A stretch of 63,895 bases of DNA, the filler included, from Octopus bimaculoides (taxonomy: Eukaryota), in the NCBI RefSeq assembly GCF_001194135.2. It is 9 parts of 8 records of this genome, joined end to end, with 100 filler letters (N's around TTAATTAATTAA, not from the genome) between each part and the next. Parts side by side here need not be neighbours in the genome. Positions count along the whole stretch, not along the records: positions 22,519 to 28,203 come from NC_069008.1; positions 28,304 to 36,862 come from NC_068992.1; positions 36,963 to 42,516 come from NC_068991.1; 6 more parts are not named here. The stretch is one strand, 5' to 3'. A program made the translations under genes and the position numbers. Shown one piece after another: positions 25,126 through 37,120 of this stretch (positions are counted from its first letter, which is position 1; each line of letters starts with the position of its first letter). The notes beneath the pieces are model-generated. The model made no database searches. It saw only the letters and a list, made by a program, of their open reading frames with translations, and had not been told where the DNA came from.

Positions 25126-26181
25126 ATGGAAGAGAGAGAGAAAATTGTACAATGGATTTCCTCTGAACACATGACAAAACAGATGAGATCATATGACAGT
25201 GATATGTGTACAAGGTCCTTCCTTCAAAAGAGTAACCTAAGTTTTCATGCAGGAGAAAAACCATATCACTGTGATGTGTGTGGTAAATCATTCTCCCAAA
25301 GTATTCGCTTAACTACACACAAACGCATTCATACAGGAGAAAAACCATATCACTGTGATGTTTGTGGTAAATCATTCTCTTCGAATTTTTCCTTAACTAC
25401 ACACCAACACATTCATACAGGAGAGAAACCATATCACTGTGATATGTGTGGTAAATCATTCTCTCAAAGTGGTCACTTGGCTGGGCACAAACGTATTCAT
25501 ACAGGAGAAAAGCCATTTGAGTGTGATATCTGTGGTAAATCATTCTCTGAAAATTCTACATTAACAAAACACAGTCGTATTCATACAGGAGAGAAACCAT
25601 ATCATTGTGATATCTGTGGTAAATCATTCTCTGAAAATTTTATATTAACAAAACACAAGCGTATTCATACAGGAGAAAAGCTATATCAGTGTCATATCTG
25701 TGATAAATCATTCTCTTATAATAACTTAATACGACACAAGCGTATTCATACAGGGAAGAAGCCATTTCACTGTGATATCTGTGGTAAATCATTCTCTCAA
25801 AGTATTCACTTAACTACACACAAACGTATTCATACAGGAGAGAAGCCATATCACTGTGATGTCTGTGGTAAATCATTCATTGCAAATGGTGATTTAACTA
25901 AACACAGGCGTATTCACACAGGAGAGACACCATTTCACTGTGATATCTGTGGTAAATCATTCTCTCAAAGCAATCACTTGACTATACACAAATATGTTCA
26001 TGCAGGAGAGAAACCATTTTGCTGTGATATCTGTGGTAAATCATTCTCTCAAAACAATCACTTGACTATACACAAATATGTTCATACAGGAGAGAAACCA
26101 TATCAGTGTGATATCTGTGGTAAATCATTCTCTGTAAGTAGTAACTTAACTAGACATATATCTATCCATACAAAAATTTGA
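25126..26181 (+). CDS. C2H2 zinc-finger protein, 11 tandem fingers (octopus-type expansion)
   Basis: Uninterrupted ORF with eleven CxxC-x12-HxxxH units (finger 6 has x11) and TGEKP linkers. The first in-frame ATG is at 25126, and a likely acceptor TTTCTCTCTAATTTCAG ends at 24777. Confidence 0.92.
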   Translation: MEEREKIVQWISSEHMTKQMRSYDSDMCTRSFLQKSNLSFHAGEKPYHCDVCGKSFSQSIRLTTHKRIHTGEKPYHCDVCGKSFSSNFSLTTHQHIHTGEKPYHCDMCGKSFSQSGHLAGHKRIHTGEKPFECDICGKSFSENSTLTKHSRIHTGEKPYHCDICGKSFSENFILTKHKRIHTGEKLYQCHICDKSFSYNNLIRHKRIHTGKKPFHCDICGKSFSQSIHLTTHKRIHTGEKPYHCDVCGKSFIANGDLTKHRRIHTGETPFHCDICGKSFSQSNHLTIHKYVHAGEKPFCCDICGKSFSQNNHLTIHKYVHTGEKPYQCDICGKSFSVSSNLTRHISIHTKI

Positions 26182-26514
26182 CTCTATTATTTGTCAAATG
26201 TCTTTGCATCACTCAGCAACCAACATTTTAAAACCCTTTTTCCTTGTGGACTTGACAGTAACTCATGAACCCTTGTCAACAGTCATAATCATCAGTGTTC
26301 CTTTTTCAGGTATTGTTACTGATGCCAACCCTTTTCGTAACCACTTACCTGTGATATGCATAGTTTTGCTGAGCACAAGCAGTTTGTTAGGATTCTTTCT
26401 ATGTGGAAAATAATTTGTATAACCATAAATATTCCCACTTTAGGAACGACTGGATTAGACAAATCTTAAAGCCATTCCACAGACACATGCAAACTTGGAC
26501 ACAAACACACACAA

Positions 26515-26840
26515 AGGTGTGGTCATGACTGATCGTGGGATTGCACCTAGAAAGTTCCCCTCCCAGGCACAACTCTGGTCAAGGTTGTTGATGGAAGACC
26601 AGCAGTCGCCCATGCATACCAACCTCCCCTCTCCACGCCACCAGTGTTTTCCAAGGGAAAGACAATGGCCGATATAGCTTGGCACCTGTGACGTCGCAAC
26701 TCATTTCTACAGCTGAGTGAACTGGAGCAACGTAAAATAAAGTGTTTTTCTCAAGAATACAACGCGCAGCCCGGTCCAGGATTTGAACTCACATCCTCAC
26801 GATCGTAAGCTCGACACTCTAACCACTGAGCTGTGCACAT
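26515..26840 (-). mobile_element. tRNA-derived SINE (second family)
   Basis: The minus strand starts with a CTCAGTGGTTAGAGTGTCG..GAGTTCAAATCC A/B-box-like head. It is homologous to 58960-59270 and partly to 44350-44520. Confidence 0.8.
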
Positions 26841-27869
26841 ATATGTATCTATATATACAAGTTGTAGTCCAGAAATTTTGAGACTCTTTTAGGAGAGGCA
26901 GTTATACCTCCTGTTCTAGATTATTGTTATTTTAGTATATGATTACTACATCTAATAAGCTGACCTGCCAACTTTTGTGATACAGGATTGAAGGAGACAG
27001 CTGTATCAGCTGAGGAAGTTAATGTCGATTGAAGTTTGTGAGGGAAATTTGAAAATATTGTAAATTGACTACAGTGCATGGCATTTACTATACAAATGTC
27101 AATTTACTTGTAATATATATGTACACCAGTGATATGCTGCTTAGGTAGGTAAGGTAGGCAGTGCCTACCTTGAATAAAATAAATTGATAGCAACATTTTC
27201 ATGTTATGGCAAAATATGCCCCTAATTCAATAAAACTATGAAGGTTACTCTGTTTACGATGCATAAAATGCAAATTTTTTTTTTTTTTTGCAGATTAAGT
27301 AGGCATCATTCACCTCTGCTTTTCAATCTCAGTATTTAAGCTATGCATAATACTGCTGTAATACATGTGCTGCATACATTTCTGCAACACTGTTTTCTTT
27401 ATGTGTTATAAAGGCAAAAGTAAATCTGCCTTCAACTCGGTTGCACGCCTGTGTTTCACTTATGTTTTGTGTGTTTTGCTACATAAAAGTTGCTAACTGC
27501 CTGCACTGAGTAATTACTGACAGCACATGCCCGACGTATGCATATTAGAACGTCCAACTTACAAAAATACAAATGATATAGAAAATGAAATTCTCTGATT
27601 TAAGATCTCTTCCTTGAAGGTGGAGGCTCGTCTCACCCGAAGTTAAATGTATCCATACGGCTGCATTGTCTGGTGGAAGTAATCAACTAACACTATTGTG
27701 GATTGCTGAGCCCCAGAAACAGCTGTTGGGTGTATAATACCTTTCTTCCAGTCCTTTTTTTATTTTCCATATCATCTGCACTCAATGTAAATTGGACCTT
27801 TTTATATCAATGCATACATATTTTGTATTTCATGTTTTTAATATACTCTATCTATTGATCTAATTTGGT

Positions 27870-27911
<42 letters not shown>

Positions 27912-27913
27912 CA

Positions 27914-28203
27914 AATAGTAAATGAGTGTATGCATATATACGTACAGGTATGTGCATACCGACATCCACCTGTATGTATAGATGCATATCTGGGTACAGG
28001 ACATTGCAAACAAACATAGACGAGAACACACGAGCCACATAGAGAACATTCTACTTCATCAGCTACCCACGTTTTAACACCGGCGTTTCGACGAGCTTCG
28101 GGCAGGACGCATCGTTAAAACGGCTCGTCCCATGGATCGCAGATTAAATTTGTATACGCAAATTAAATCTAGCCATGGAGGAATGTAGTGGCGGACAAAA
28201 AAC
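27914..28203 (-). repeat. Dispersed PLE-associated repeat with structured 5' part
   Basis: The reverse complement of 27914-28084 closely matches 57097-57294. Confidence 0.85.
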
Positions 28204-29569
28204 NNNNNNNNNNNNNNNNNNNNNNNNNNNNNNNNNNNNNNNNNNNNTTAATTAATTAANNNNNNNNNNNNNNNNNNNNNNNNNNNNNNNNNNNNNNNNN
28301 NNNTATATATATATAAATGACCTTATATATACATATATATACATATATATATGTGCATTCGTGTTTGGTTGTAGGTAAATATGTTTACAGTAATGTACGT
28401 ATACGTCATACACACACCAACACACACATAACGCACGCATAATCACGTACGCACATGAACATACGCATATATGCAGACTAATAAGAAAATTAATTTGAAG
28501 GTTAATATAAAACTTGGCTTTATGTACACACAAGTTAACGCAACGATGTAAAGAGGTAGTTGAATAATATCAAATATAGATTCGCATAAAAAACATTGAA
28601 CATATCTGCATAAGTGTTTCAATTTATTTATTTTTACATTCTCGTAAAGTCTGTTTTACGAGATTCACTTATCTACTGTGTTTATTTATTTCAGAAAATA
28701 TAGTTGGAAATCAATTAATGATTTTACGTAGGTCATATATACTCCACTAACTCTATTTCCAGTGTATTGTCATGTTAACACAGACAAATCAAACGTGAAC
28801 AATCCAGGATCATGTTATGGATCCTCCTGTTAGAAATAGAAGAGAAATTCCCCGAGCAGCACACTCTAATATACCAATATTTGCTTTTAAACGTATATAA
28901 CGTTGGAAATACTTTTATTTTTAAAATACAGGGGCGGCTGTGAATTCTATTGATCATGATGTTTACTCCATAAATGTTTAGCTGCCTATAAGCAATAACA
29001 CCAACAACATATTTGAGATATTCTGAGCAAATAAGGTTTGTTTCAGAAGGTCGTATGATTAGCTAAATATCACTTTTCACACCTACCATAAAAAAGAAGC
29101 TGTTTATTCACAAAGATAAGCAGTTCTTTACGGAGACAGGCTAAATTTTCAAAGCAAACCTATTGGTTTCATGAAAGTGCTTCTCCATCGGTTTAAATAT
29201 AAGAAGAGATCAATACACGCAGTAGCAACAACAACAATAAGAAAGGATAACGTGAAATAATTATTTTATACTTCACTACATATTATATTATAGCATCGAC
29301 GTTGAACTATTATCACATGGTTACTTACGCAAACTTACAATCACAAAAATAGTTGAATTATTACACACTGACATCCAAGTCCAAACACATATAGATACAC
29401 ACACTAATACACGCGCACACGCATATGCATACATACATACATACATACATATATATGAATATCGATACTTACATTTACTTATATGTTTGTGTGTGTATAT
29501 GTATGTACGCATATATATATATATATATATATANNNNNNNNNNNNNNNNNNNNNNNNNNNNNNNNNNNN

Positions 29570-29878
29570 NNGCCCCAGTATGGCCACAGTCACATTAATG
29601 AAACATGAAAAACAAACAGAATATATATATTCTTTTATTGTTTTACTTGTTTCATTCATTTGACTGCTTCCATGCTGGAACACTGCCTTTAAGTCGAACA
29701 AATCGACCCCAAGTCATATTGTATGTAAGCCTAGTGTTTATTGTATCGGTCGGTTTTGTCCAACCGTTAAGTTACGGGTAGATACATATATCAACATCGG
29801 TTGTCAAGCGATGTTGTGGGACAAATACAGACACAAAGACACGGACATTCACAGAAATACGCCCACACACACACGCAC

Positions 29879-29927
<49 letters not shown>

Positions 29928-30045
29928 CACACGCGCACACAAATGTCTTCTTTCAGTTTCCGTCTCTCAAATCTACTCACATGGTTGTGGTTGTCCCAAG
30001 GCTATAGTATAAGACACTTGCCTAAGGTAGCATGTGGTCAAGAAA
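29570..30045 (-). mobile_element. Full-length SINE (tRNA head, internal CA microsatellite, tail)
   Basis: The tail (TTTTACTTGTTTC..CCATGCTGGA..AATCGACCCC) and head (CTTTCAGTTTCCGTCT..GGCTATAGTA..GACACTTGCC) flank (CA)n. The same layout occurs at 44880 and 58322. Confidence 0.8.
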
Positions 30046-32829
30046 CAATCTTCTTAGCACAGTGCGTACATAATATATGTGCCTCACACACTTTTTCCTT
30101 TGGTAGCGAATGAGGAAGCCGCATATAAAATCATGATTTTTTTATAAAATATTACATATTTGCTTTATGAGTTCTAAACCGGAGTGTTTTCTATGGCTTG
30201 AAACGCTAGTCCTGAGAAATTCCCTTCAAATAAATCTTACCAATATATCAATTAAATGATATTTTATGTATAATTTAATGTGGACATTGCGTCATTCATT
30301 TCACAAGCCCCAAGAACTTATATTTATATTATGTAACTTATATTAAATTATAAAATTTATTTCTGTAAAGTAAATTTGTCAGTATTGGAGAAAACTTCGA
30401 TGTGGCTGTGTTTAGAGAAAACTGTATTGTTGAGATACCGCAGTGACTTTTATCCCTTTAAAAACGACTTTTCTTTTCTAACATTATATCTATGGACAGA
30501 AATGACACTTGTATATCCTACGCCGATATCGACAAAAAATTCTTACATGTTTACATTATGGTATTCATAATCGTCACTAACCCCAGTCATAACCAGCAGT
30601 AGCACTGATAACATTAGCACAATCAATACTTGCGCAAGAATCAATAAAAGCAGCATTTAAACTCGCCACATTAACGTTATTATCAGTAAAACACAAAGAA
30701 AAATCAAAACTTGAACAACAATATTAAAGCAAGCAATAAAATATCCGCCATCATGAATCCAAAATTTATCAAATTCAGAGTTGAAGCAAAAGCAACACAT
30801 TATCAGAATCGACAATATTTTCAAGGGAATCTCTTGCTTCAGCGCAACTACTACGCTAAAAGATCAGCGACTAGCATTTATATAGCCAATAATTGACGCT
30901 ACTTACAACACCGCTAGTAATGCGTGAACACTCCTGGTAGAAATTCCAACCACAACAATAGCTAAAATAGCATCAGCATTTCAGAATACGCATATCACAA
31001 CAAGGAAGTATCAACTCTTCAAACAAAATATTAATGATATCACTATGTAGTATTACAATCTAAACACGTACCACACTTCAAAATCCTAGGCAATCACTAT
31101 CATGGTATGCCTCATATTGTGCTTGCAATGTAACTACATAATGTAAATCAAAAAGAACACGTCAACCAAAAAAGTTGAATACATGGAAATATTAATGTCT
31201 CTAGGTGTATGCATATGTGTGTGGACGTGCGTTCGTGCAGGTGTGTGTGCCTGTGTGTATGTGTGTGTTTATGCTGTATGTGTGTGTGAGGGGAGGGGCA
31301 TATATACTACGATTAACTCATATAAACTGTGTAAGTATTAATAGGAATCGAATTTTACATTCTTGATTTAGACAAGGGGACTCACTTTATTGATACGTTA
31401 ATTCATCTTGCTCTGCTGTCCAATGGTCCATCATTGGGTGATTAAGGTGTCACGTCAATATTCCATAGCAACAGCTGTTCTCTGTGTATCAACACTTCGC
31501 AATTTCTGAAGAAGATTCGAGTAGCAATTTGACTCTGCCATGAAATATGAAGGAATTTGAGATACTATAAGTAGTAGGCTTCTCAGTGACAGAAAAATAC
31601 ATTTCTTATCTCTTAATTTCATAGTATCTTCCACCGCTTTCATGAAAATGCACTATATGTATATGCAACAATGTTATATATATTGTAAATCCACAGTAAT
31701 AAGCTATAGCTACGCTGCATTGAACTACGCACAACTGTAACATTTCATTGATTATATAATCTGCACTTTTAAACTAATATTATGTATTACTATAGATGTA
31801 AGTTGTATCACAATCTAATGCATATCAAAGCAATTTAGGTCGATAAGGGAGTTTTCTTGTTTTCTGAAATTTTATTGGGCAGCAAAATCTTTATCTACTT
31901 GCAACTTACTATAAGACTCGCTCGCATTCGGTGACATATAGCAATAATAATTCTATCACATTTTTTTCAGAAATGGAGAAGGTTGTAGAGACAGGTGATC
32001 TATTGTATACATGGGATGCTGATATAATATAGAACAGTGAAAGAGTGGCATATTTTTGGCTGTAGAACAGGCAACGATGATGAAAATTTAGTAGAAATAT
32101 TACTCTCGTTTAAGACGAGATTAATTTTCCCTTATATTATATGACATTTCATTTCATGCAAGCTCCTCATAAATTAAAGAAAGTTATTATATTCTATGAC
32201 TCGAATAATACTCTAAGGCAAGAGCAGTTGTGACTTGTGTAATGGGTAATAACAACACAACAACCTTTATATGATGCTTTCAGATATTATCTACTCGAGT
32301 AATAATACACGATCAACACCACTGACTACACTGCCAGAGGTGTCAATATCGGTAATAGCGTCACAAACCTCAACAGCACAAAAATGCCCCTCATAACTAG
32401 TATTGATACACTTCGCGCTAATCCGATAAAAATATATAGGAGGCAATATTTTCCGAATCTGATAATTTTTTTAATTAAAAATAACGGATAATGTTATTAA
32501 CACGTTATTGTGTGAAAACACCAGCAATATGGAGGAAATATATATCAGCTGATTGAATTACATCGTATACGTAATTATATATTGCCGACAATTATGTTTC
32601 TACAACTATTGCATTGCAAATAAACACATGCCACTGAATAAATTATTAGCAGCGAGTTAATATTGAATCAATCAATCAATCAGTCTATACATGCTTGCAT
32701 ACATACATGCATACATAGGCACAAAAATACGCACACACATACATGCATACATACATACATACATTCATACATACGTACATACATGCATACATACATACAT
32801 ACGCAAATCTCATCACATACTAGGAAGAC

Positions 32830-33125
32830 TAGTGGAACGTTTCCATCATAATACCTGACAAATGCAAACATAACAAACCAGATATCGTTGTTTGCGATAG
32901 ACAAGAAAAAAGATTTACTCTCGCGGAGTTCCGCTGCCCTGCTGATGAGAATATCTGCTTGAAAATCAGAGAAAAATGACAACTATGGACAACTTCGAAA
33001 CCTCCAGCGTCTATATCCAGATTATAAGTTCACATTTATACAAATAATAATTGGTGGACTGAGATTTATGAGTAAATGCGGAATTGATAATCTAGATGAC
33101 ATAAGGTTTTCAGAAAAGAATCCAA
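32830..33125 (+). pseudogene. Restriction-like endonuclease (RLE) fragment of an R2/R4/NeSL-group non-LTR element
   Basis: WNVSIIIPDKCKHNKPDIVVCDRQEKRFTLAEFRCPADENICLKIREK, a frameshift, then DNYGQLRNLQRLYPDYKFTFIQIIIGGL. It fits the KPD-x-D..E..CP..K RLE pattern. Confidence 0.8.
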
Positions 33126-34189
33126 GAAGTTAACTTTCACAATACAAATGATGAGGAGTACATGTATGTATGCATGTATGTATGCATGTATGTATGTATG
33201 TATGCATGTTTGTATGTATGCATGTATGTATGTTTGGGTATGTATGTGTGTGTGTACATATGTTTTGCATTGTTTAAATTCTTTCTCTAAGAAAGTCGAT
33301 TTGTAACAAAGAAACAAATTCCATCTTTGCAGTGAAGATACGAAAAGAACGTCACATTTTGAGATTGAGACAGGTCCTACATATTTTTCCTATTCTACCG
33401 ACAGATTGTATTTGTAATATGCGAGTTAATATGTTAGTTTCTTCTACTGAAAACCATAACTTATCTAGATAGTCACCTACAGACTTGGAAGCAACTGCAG
33501 CTGAAAAATATTCCAGGTTCCACACCTAATAGGAATGACGCGTCAGATAATAATTGCCATATGTTTCTCTAGATATTTTCAATTCAGAGAAGTTGGTGTT
33601 TATTCTTCAACCCTGTCAAAAGTATAAGAATCACCGAGGATACATTATACTTCTTACTTCTTTCAGTCATTGGATTTGACTAAAGCAGGATGTGGTGCCT
33701 TGAATTGTCTAGTGAAATAGATCCACGCTAGTACTTCCTTTTAATTTTACTACTTATGCAGTAGGCCTTACTTGCAGGAAGCCTTAGTTAACATGAGATA
33801 AACAAATCAACACTGTTTGCTAAACGATGTGGTAGTGTTACAAACATCAGCAAAATAAAATACGCAAACACACAAGCAGCTATACCCACATACACACGCA
33901 CACGAAAACACACACTCACACGAAAACACAAACTCACACGCGTATTATATAATATATAATAATACAAACATACATATTTTTATATTCTTGATTGTGGATA
34001 TATGATTTTAACGAAGCAATGTCTTTTCAGCCGATTCATGTGTCTTTTATCGCCCAATTTCGAAACTTTTACCATGTACGTCATTAAACAGATGCATTAT
34101 ATTATTTCCCCATCTTCCCAAACTTCTTTTGCAGTTCTGTACACTCTGAGAAAAAAAAAAAAAACAACTTCACAATTGTTTAACTACTT

Positions 34190-35580
34190 GGTCTTATTTT
34201 TAGCACTCTCCCGCTTTTTTTTTTATACCAAGTAATAATTTGTCAAAAACTGACCTCATTTTTCTTGAATACATCAGGTCAGCAGGCGACATGCCTGAAG
34301 GGATATTTGTATTTGGCATTACACGGTGTCCTCTCAGGAATTTTTGAAATGCTACATTATCCATAACCTTATTTCTGGATTTTCTTAGCGCCCTTCTGAA
34401 CGTATCCACATAGCGTTCACTTTGTCGGTTCGATCTTAGGTGATACTGAGAAGTAGTAATACGTTCAATTGGAGACATCTTGCAAAATTTTTAAAATTCA
34501 CCCGTAGTAAATTGCATGCCGTTATTGGAGACGATGGTGTCCGGAACACCATAGCTTGCGAAATGTTCGTGACCCCGTGGAGGTTGGTTTTCTATATGTA
34601 TACAGTTCTGGTCATTTTGTAAACCTGTCTACCACTATTAGATAATATGATCCATTCAACGGTCCTACGGAATCTATGTGTCGCCTGGTCCATGTATTAT
34701 TGATATTGGGTCAAGGTTGAAATTTTGTAGGTGGTGATTTCGCTGCAAGAGCACAATAACAGCAGGATTTTATCAATTTCTCAATGTCTAAATCCACTTT
34801 CGGCCGGCAAACATAACTCTTTATGAATGATATCCTAGAAATTCCTGGATGACAAGAATCGATTTTGTAGGGAGACCCCGTATTACGACCCTCTGTACAC
34901 ACAGAAGCAGATTATCACATATCGAAAACATGTGCGAAACTCTGTTAGAGTCAGCAATACGTGTTTATTATTTGCTTCTTCAGATCAAAGTTTTTTCATT
35001 TTTCATGATAAAATCGTCCGTCTCTGCCTTAATTTTTTATTTTCTCCAATGTGATAGACAATCCGCGCACAACGTTGCACAATATACCTTTTATTTCCTT
35101 TTTAGCTCTTAACGCCGCTGTCACTGTGTCTTCAGCGGATTTGCTATTAACCTCGACAAACCATCTGCATATCCCAATTACTTAGCTGGCAAATACGCCA
35201 TCTTAAAGTCGTAATTCAGTTAGATCCCCCCCCCCCCCACAATGCTGCAATCTGTTTGCTATCTGTATGAGAATACCCTTTTTTCATTCATAGATCGACG
35301 ATAATTGGCGGTAGTCTGTCTGCAAACAAAATCTCCTTCCATGTATAAATTTATGGAATTTCTTCACTGCAAATATGATGGCTACTGCTTCCTTCTCTAT
35401 TTAACTGTAACTTCTCTCAGCCGGAAATGAAGAACGCGAAGCATGCGATACAGCTTTCAGATTAACATTATATTTCTGTTAAATCACTGCTTCAATAGCA
35501 CATCCACTAGATTCTGATGCCAATCCTATTTCTAAACTGGGGTCAAAATGTGTTAACTACAATTCCAATAACTTTTGATG
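34190..35580 (-). mobile_element. Gypsy pol remnant (RNase H and integrase), K02A2.6/Mag-like, heavily degraded
   Basis: RNase H-like FHKFIHGRRFCLQTD..ANRLQ, zinc motif HPGISR..SCCYCALAAKSPP, and core VPDTIVSNNGMQFT..SNRQSERYVDTFRRAL..SPADLMYSRK. Many stops and frameshifts. Confidence 0.88.
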
Positions 35581-35659
35581 ATAAGTTGTCATTAATTCCG
35601 ATGTTAAAATGACTTAAAGTTATTCAAATATTCCAGGCTGCAATATTTTAAAAGGTTTC

Positions 35660-35973
35660 ATATTTTACATTATTTACATTTGACGGATATTTGTCCTCAT
35701 CTTGTTTCTTGTTAACACAACGTTTCGGTTGATATACTCGCCGGTTTTCATCAGGTGTCTTGGGGAAATTTCGAACCTGTGTTCTCATTCCTAAGATATT
35801 TTTCGATGTTGTTGCTATTATTATTATTATTATAATTCAGGTTACTGCCTGGAATCGAACTAGAAAACTTGGGGTTAGTAGCCCGCGCTTGTAACCACTA
35901 CACCACATGCTCGTCAAATGCAAATAATGTAAATAATGTACATAATTCTTCATCTCTTAAATATAGTACTGTA
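35660..35973 (-). mobile_element. tRNA-headed SINE with hammerhead-bearing tail and inverted terminal duplication
   Basis: A box TGGTGTAGTGG (35895-35905), B box GTTCGATTC (35852-35860), (AAT)n, then the hammerhead core. 35665-35685 is inverted at 35912-35932 with 1 mismatch. Confidence 0.7.
35714..35759 (-). ncRNA. PLE-type minimal hammerhead ribozyme motif (type I, degenerate stem II)
   Basis: The minus strand reads GACAC-CTGATGA-AAACCGGCGAGTATATCAACC-GAA-ACGT-T-GTGTT. The core is intact, stem I is GACAC/GTGTT, ACGT is a palindromic stem III, and stem II pairs poorly in this copy. Confidence 0.6.
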
Positions 35974-36189
35974 TTAACATTTTGGCACTTGTCCGACCAT
36001 TTCCACTTAGCGTCTTTTTCAGGGGTACTCTCAAATCATGCGTATCCGATACGTATACTAGGTAGTGGTTTGCAAGACCCGAAAATGCCTGTAACGATGT
36101 AATTTTCATCGGGAGAGGAATATTTTTATTGCACTCTCCTATGACAGGATAATACTAATTACATAGCCTGAACAAGATAAGCTACAACT

Positions 36190-36285
36190 ATTTTGCAGAA
36201 AAAAGTGTTGGCGGCCAGATATGAGACACAAACTCACACCTCCGTGATTACGCGTCGCGGTGCTCTAAACCATTAAGCTAAACTG
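36190..36285 (-). mobile_element. tRNA-derived SINE head, diverged
   Basis: The minus strand AGTTTAGCTTAATGGTTTAGAGCACCGCGACGCGTAATCACGGAGGTGTGAGTTTG is tRNA-like with a decayed B box. Confidence 0.45.
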
Positions 36286-36504
36286 ATCTTACCACAAATT
36301 CTTCTGCAAATTTAAGATGGATAGAAATCTCGCTTTATGACACGCTATCATACGTTAAATTCAAATTACGATAAACTTAAACAAACAAGCGAAGTTTGCT
36401 TTTACAAGCGTTGAGATGTCGAAGAATGTTAAAGAAGTGATTTTAAATTCTCAAACGCAGGATAGTAATAGCAATATAGCCTGCGTTTGAGAATTTAAAA
36501 TCAC

Positions 36505-36541
<37 letters not shown>

Positions 36542-36643
36542 CACACCCACANNNNNNNNNNTTGAATTTAACTATATGGTTCTGCAGGGTGGTCTTCAGA
36601 CTTGCACCTACAGCATATATATATAAATATATACATACATACA

Positions 36644-36810
36644 TGAGGGGTGCTGAAGAGTTCGTGGCTTGTAGTAAAAGAAAGTGCCGCATGATCAGTT
36701 AATTATGATTTTCCTTCACTTTTTCTAATCCCTGAAAAGAACTCGGAATGTTTGGACTTCAACCAGGCCTTTGATGACACTCTTAGAACGAGGAACTTTT
36801 CAGCTCCCTC
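36644..36810. mobile_element. mariner-type MITE
   Basis: Left end GAGGGGTGCTGAAGAGTTC versus the reverse complement of the right end GAGGGAGCTGAAAAGTTCC. Confidence 0.65.
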
Positions 36811-36962
36811 CCCTTCCCCTCATATGAATGTAGTATACACACATGCACAAACACACACACATNNNNNNNNNNNNNNNNNNNNNNNNNNNNNNNNNNNNNN
36901 NNNNNNTTAATTAATTAANNNNNNNNNNNNNNNNNNNNNNNNNNNNNNNNNNNNNNNNNNNN

Positions 36963-37120
36963 GCTTCTTTCAGTTTCCGTCTGCTAAATCCACTCACAAG
37001 ACTTTGGTTGACTCGAGGATATAGTAGAAAACACTTGCTCCAAATTCTACGCAGTGGAACTGAACCTGGAACCATATGATTGAGAAGCAAAAGTCTTACC
37101 ACACAGCCATACCTCCGCCT
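36963..37120 (-). mobile_element. tRNA-headed SINE head
   Basis: GCTTCTTTCAGTTTCCGTCTG..CACTCACAAG..GTGGAACTGAACC..CTTACCACACAGCC. Confidence 0.85.

Noticed and set aside
26858-27750. Possible mariner remnant (TIR-like start, LLPPDNA-like motif)
   Set aside because: Too degraded, and no matching second TIR was found.
30560-31100. Very hydrophobic minus-strand translation suggesting a multi-pass membrane protein
   Set aside because: Several stops and no family motif; it looks like decayed GTT/GCT/ATT triplets.
32938-32970. CTGATGAG..GAAA hammerhead-like string
   Set aside because: It lies inside the RLE coding remnant (PADENICLK) and has no pairing stems.
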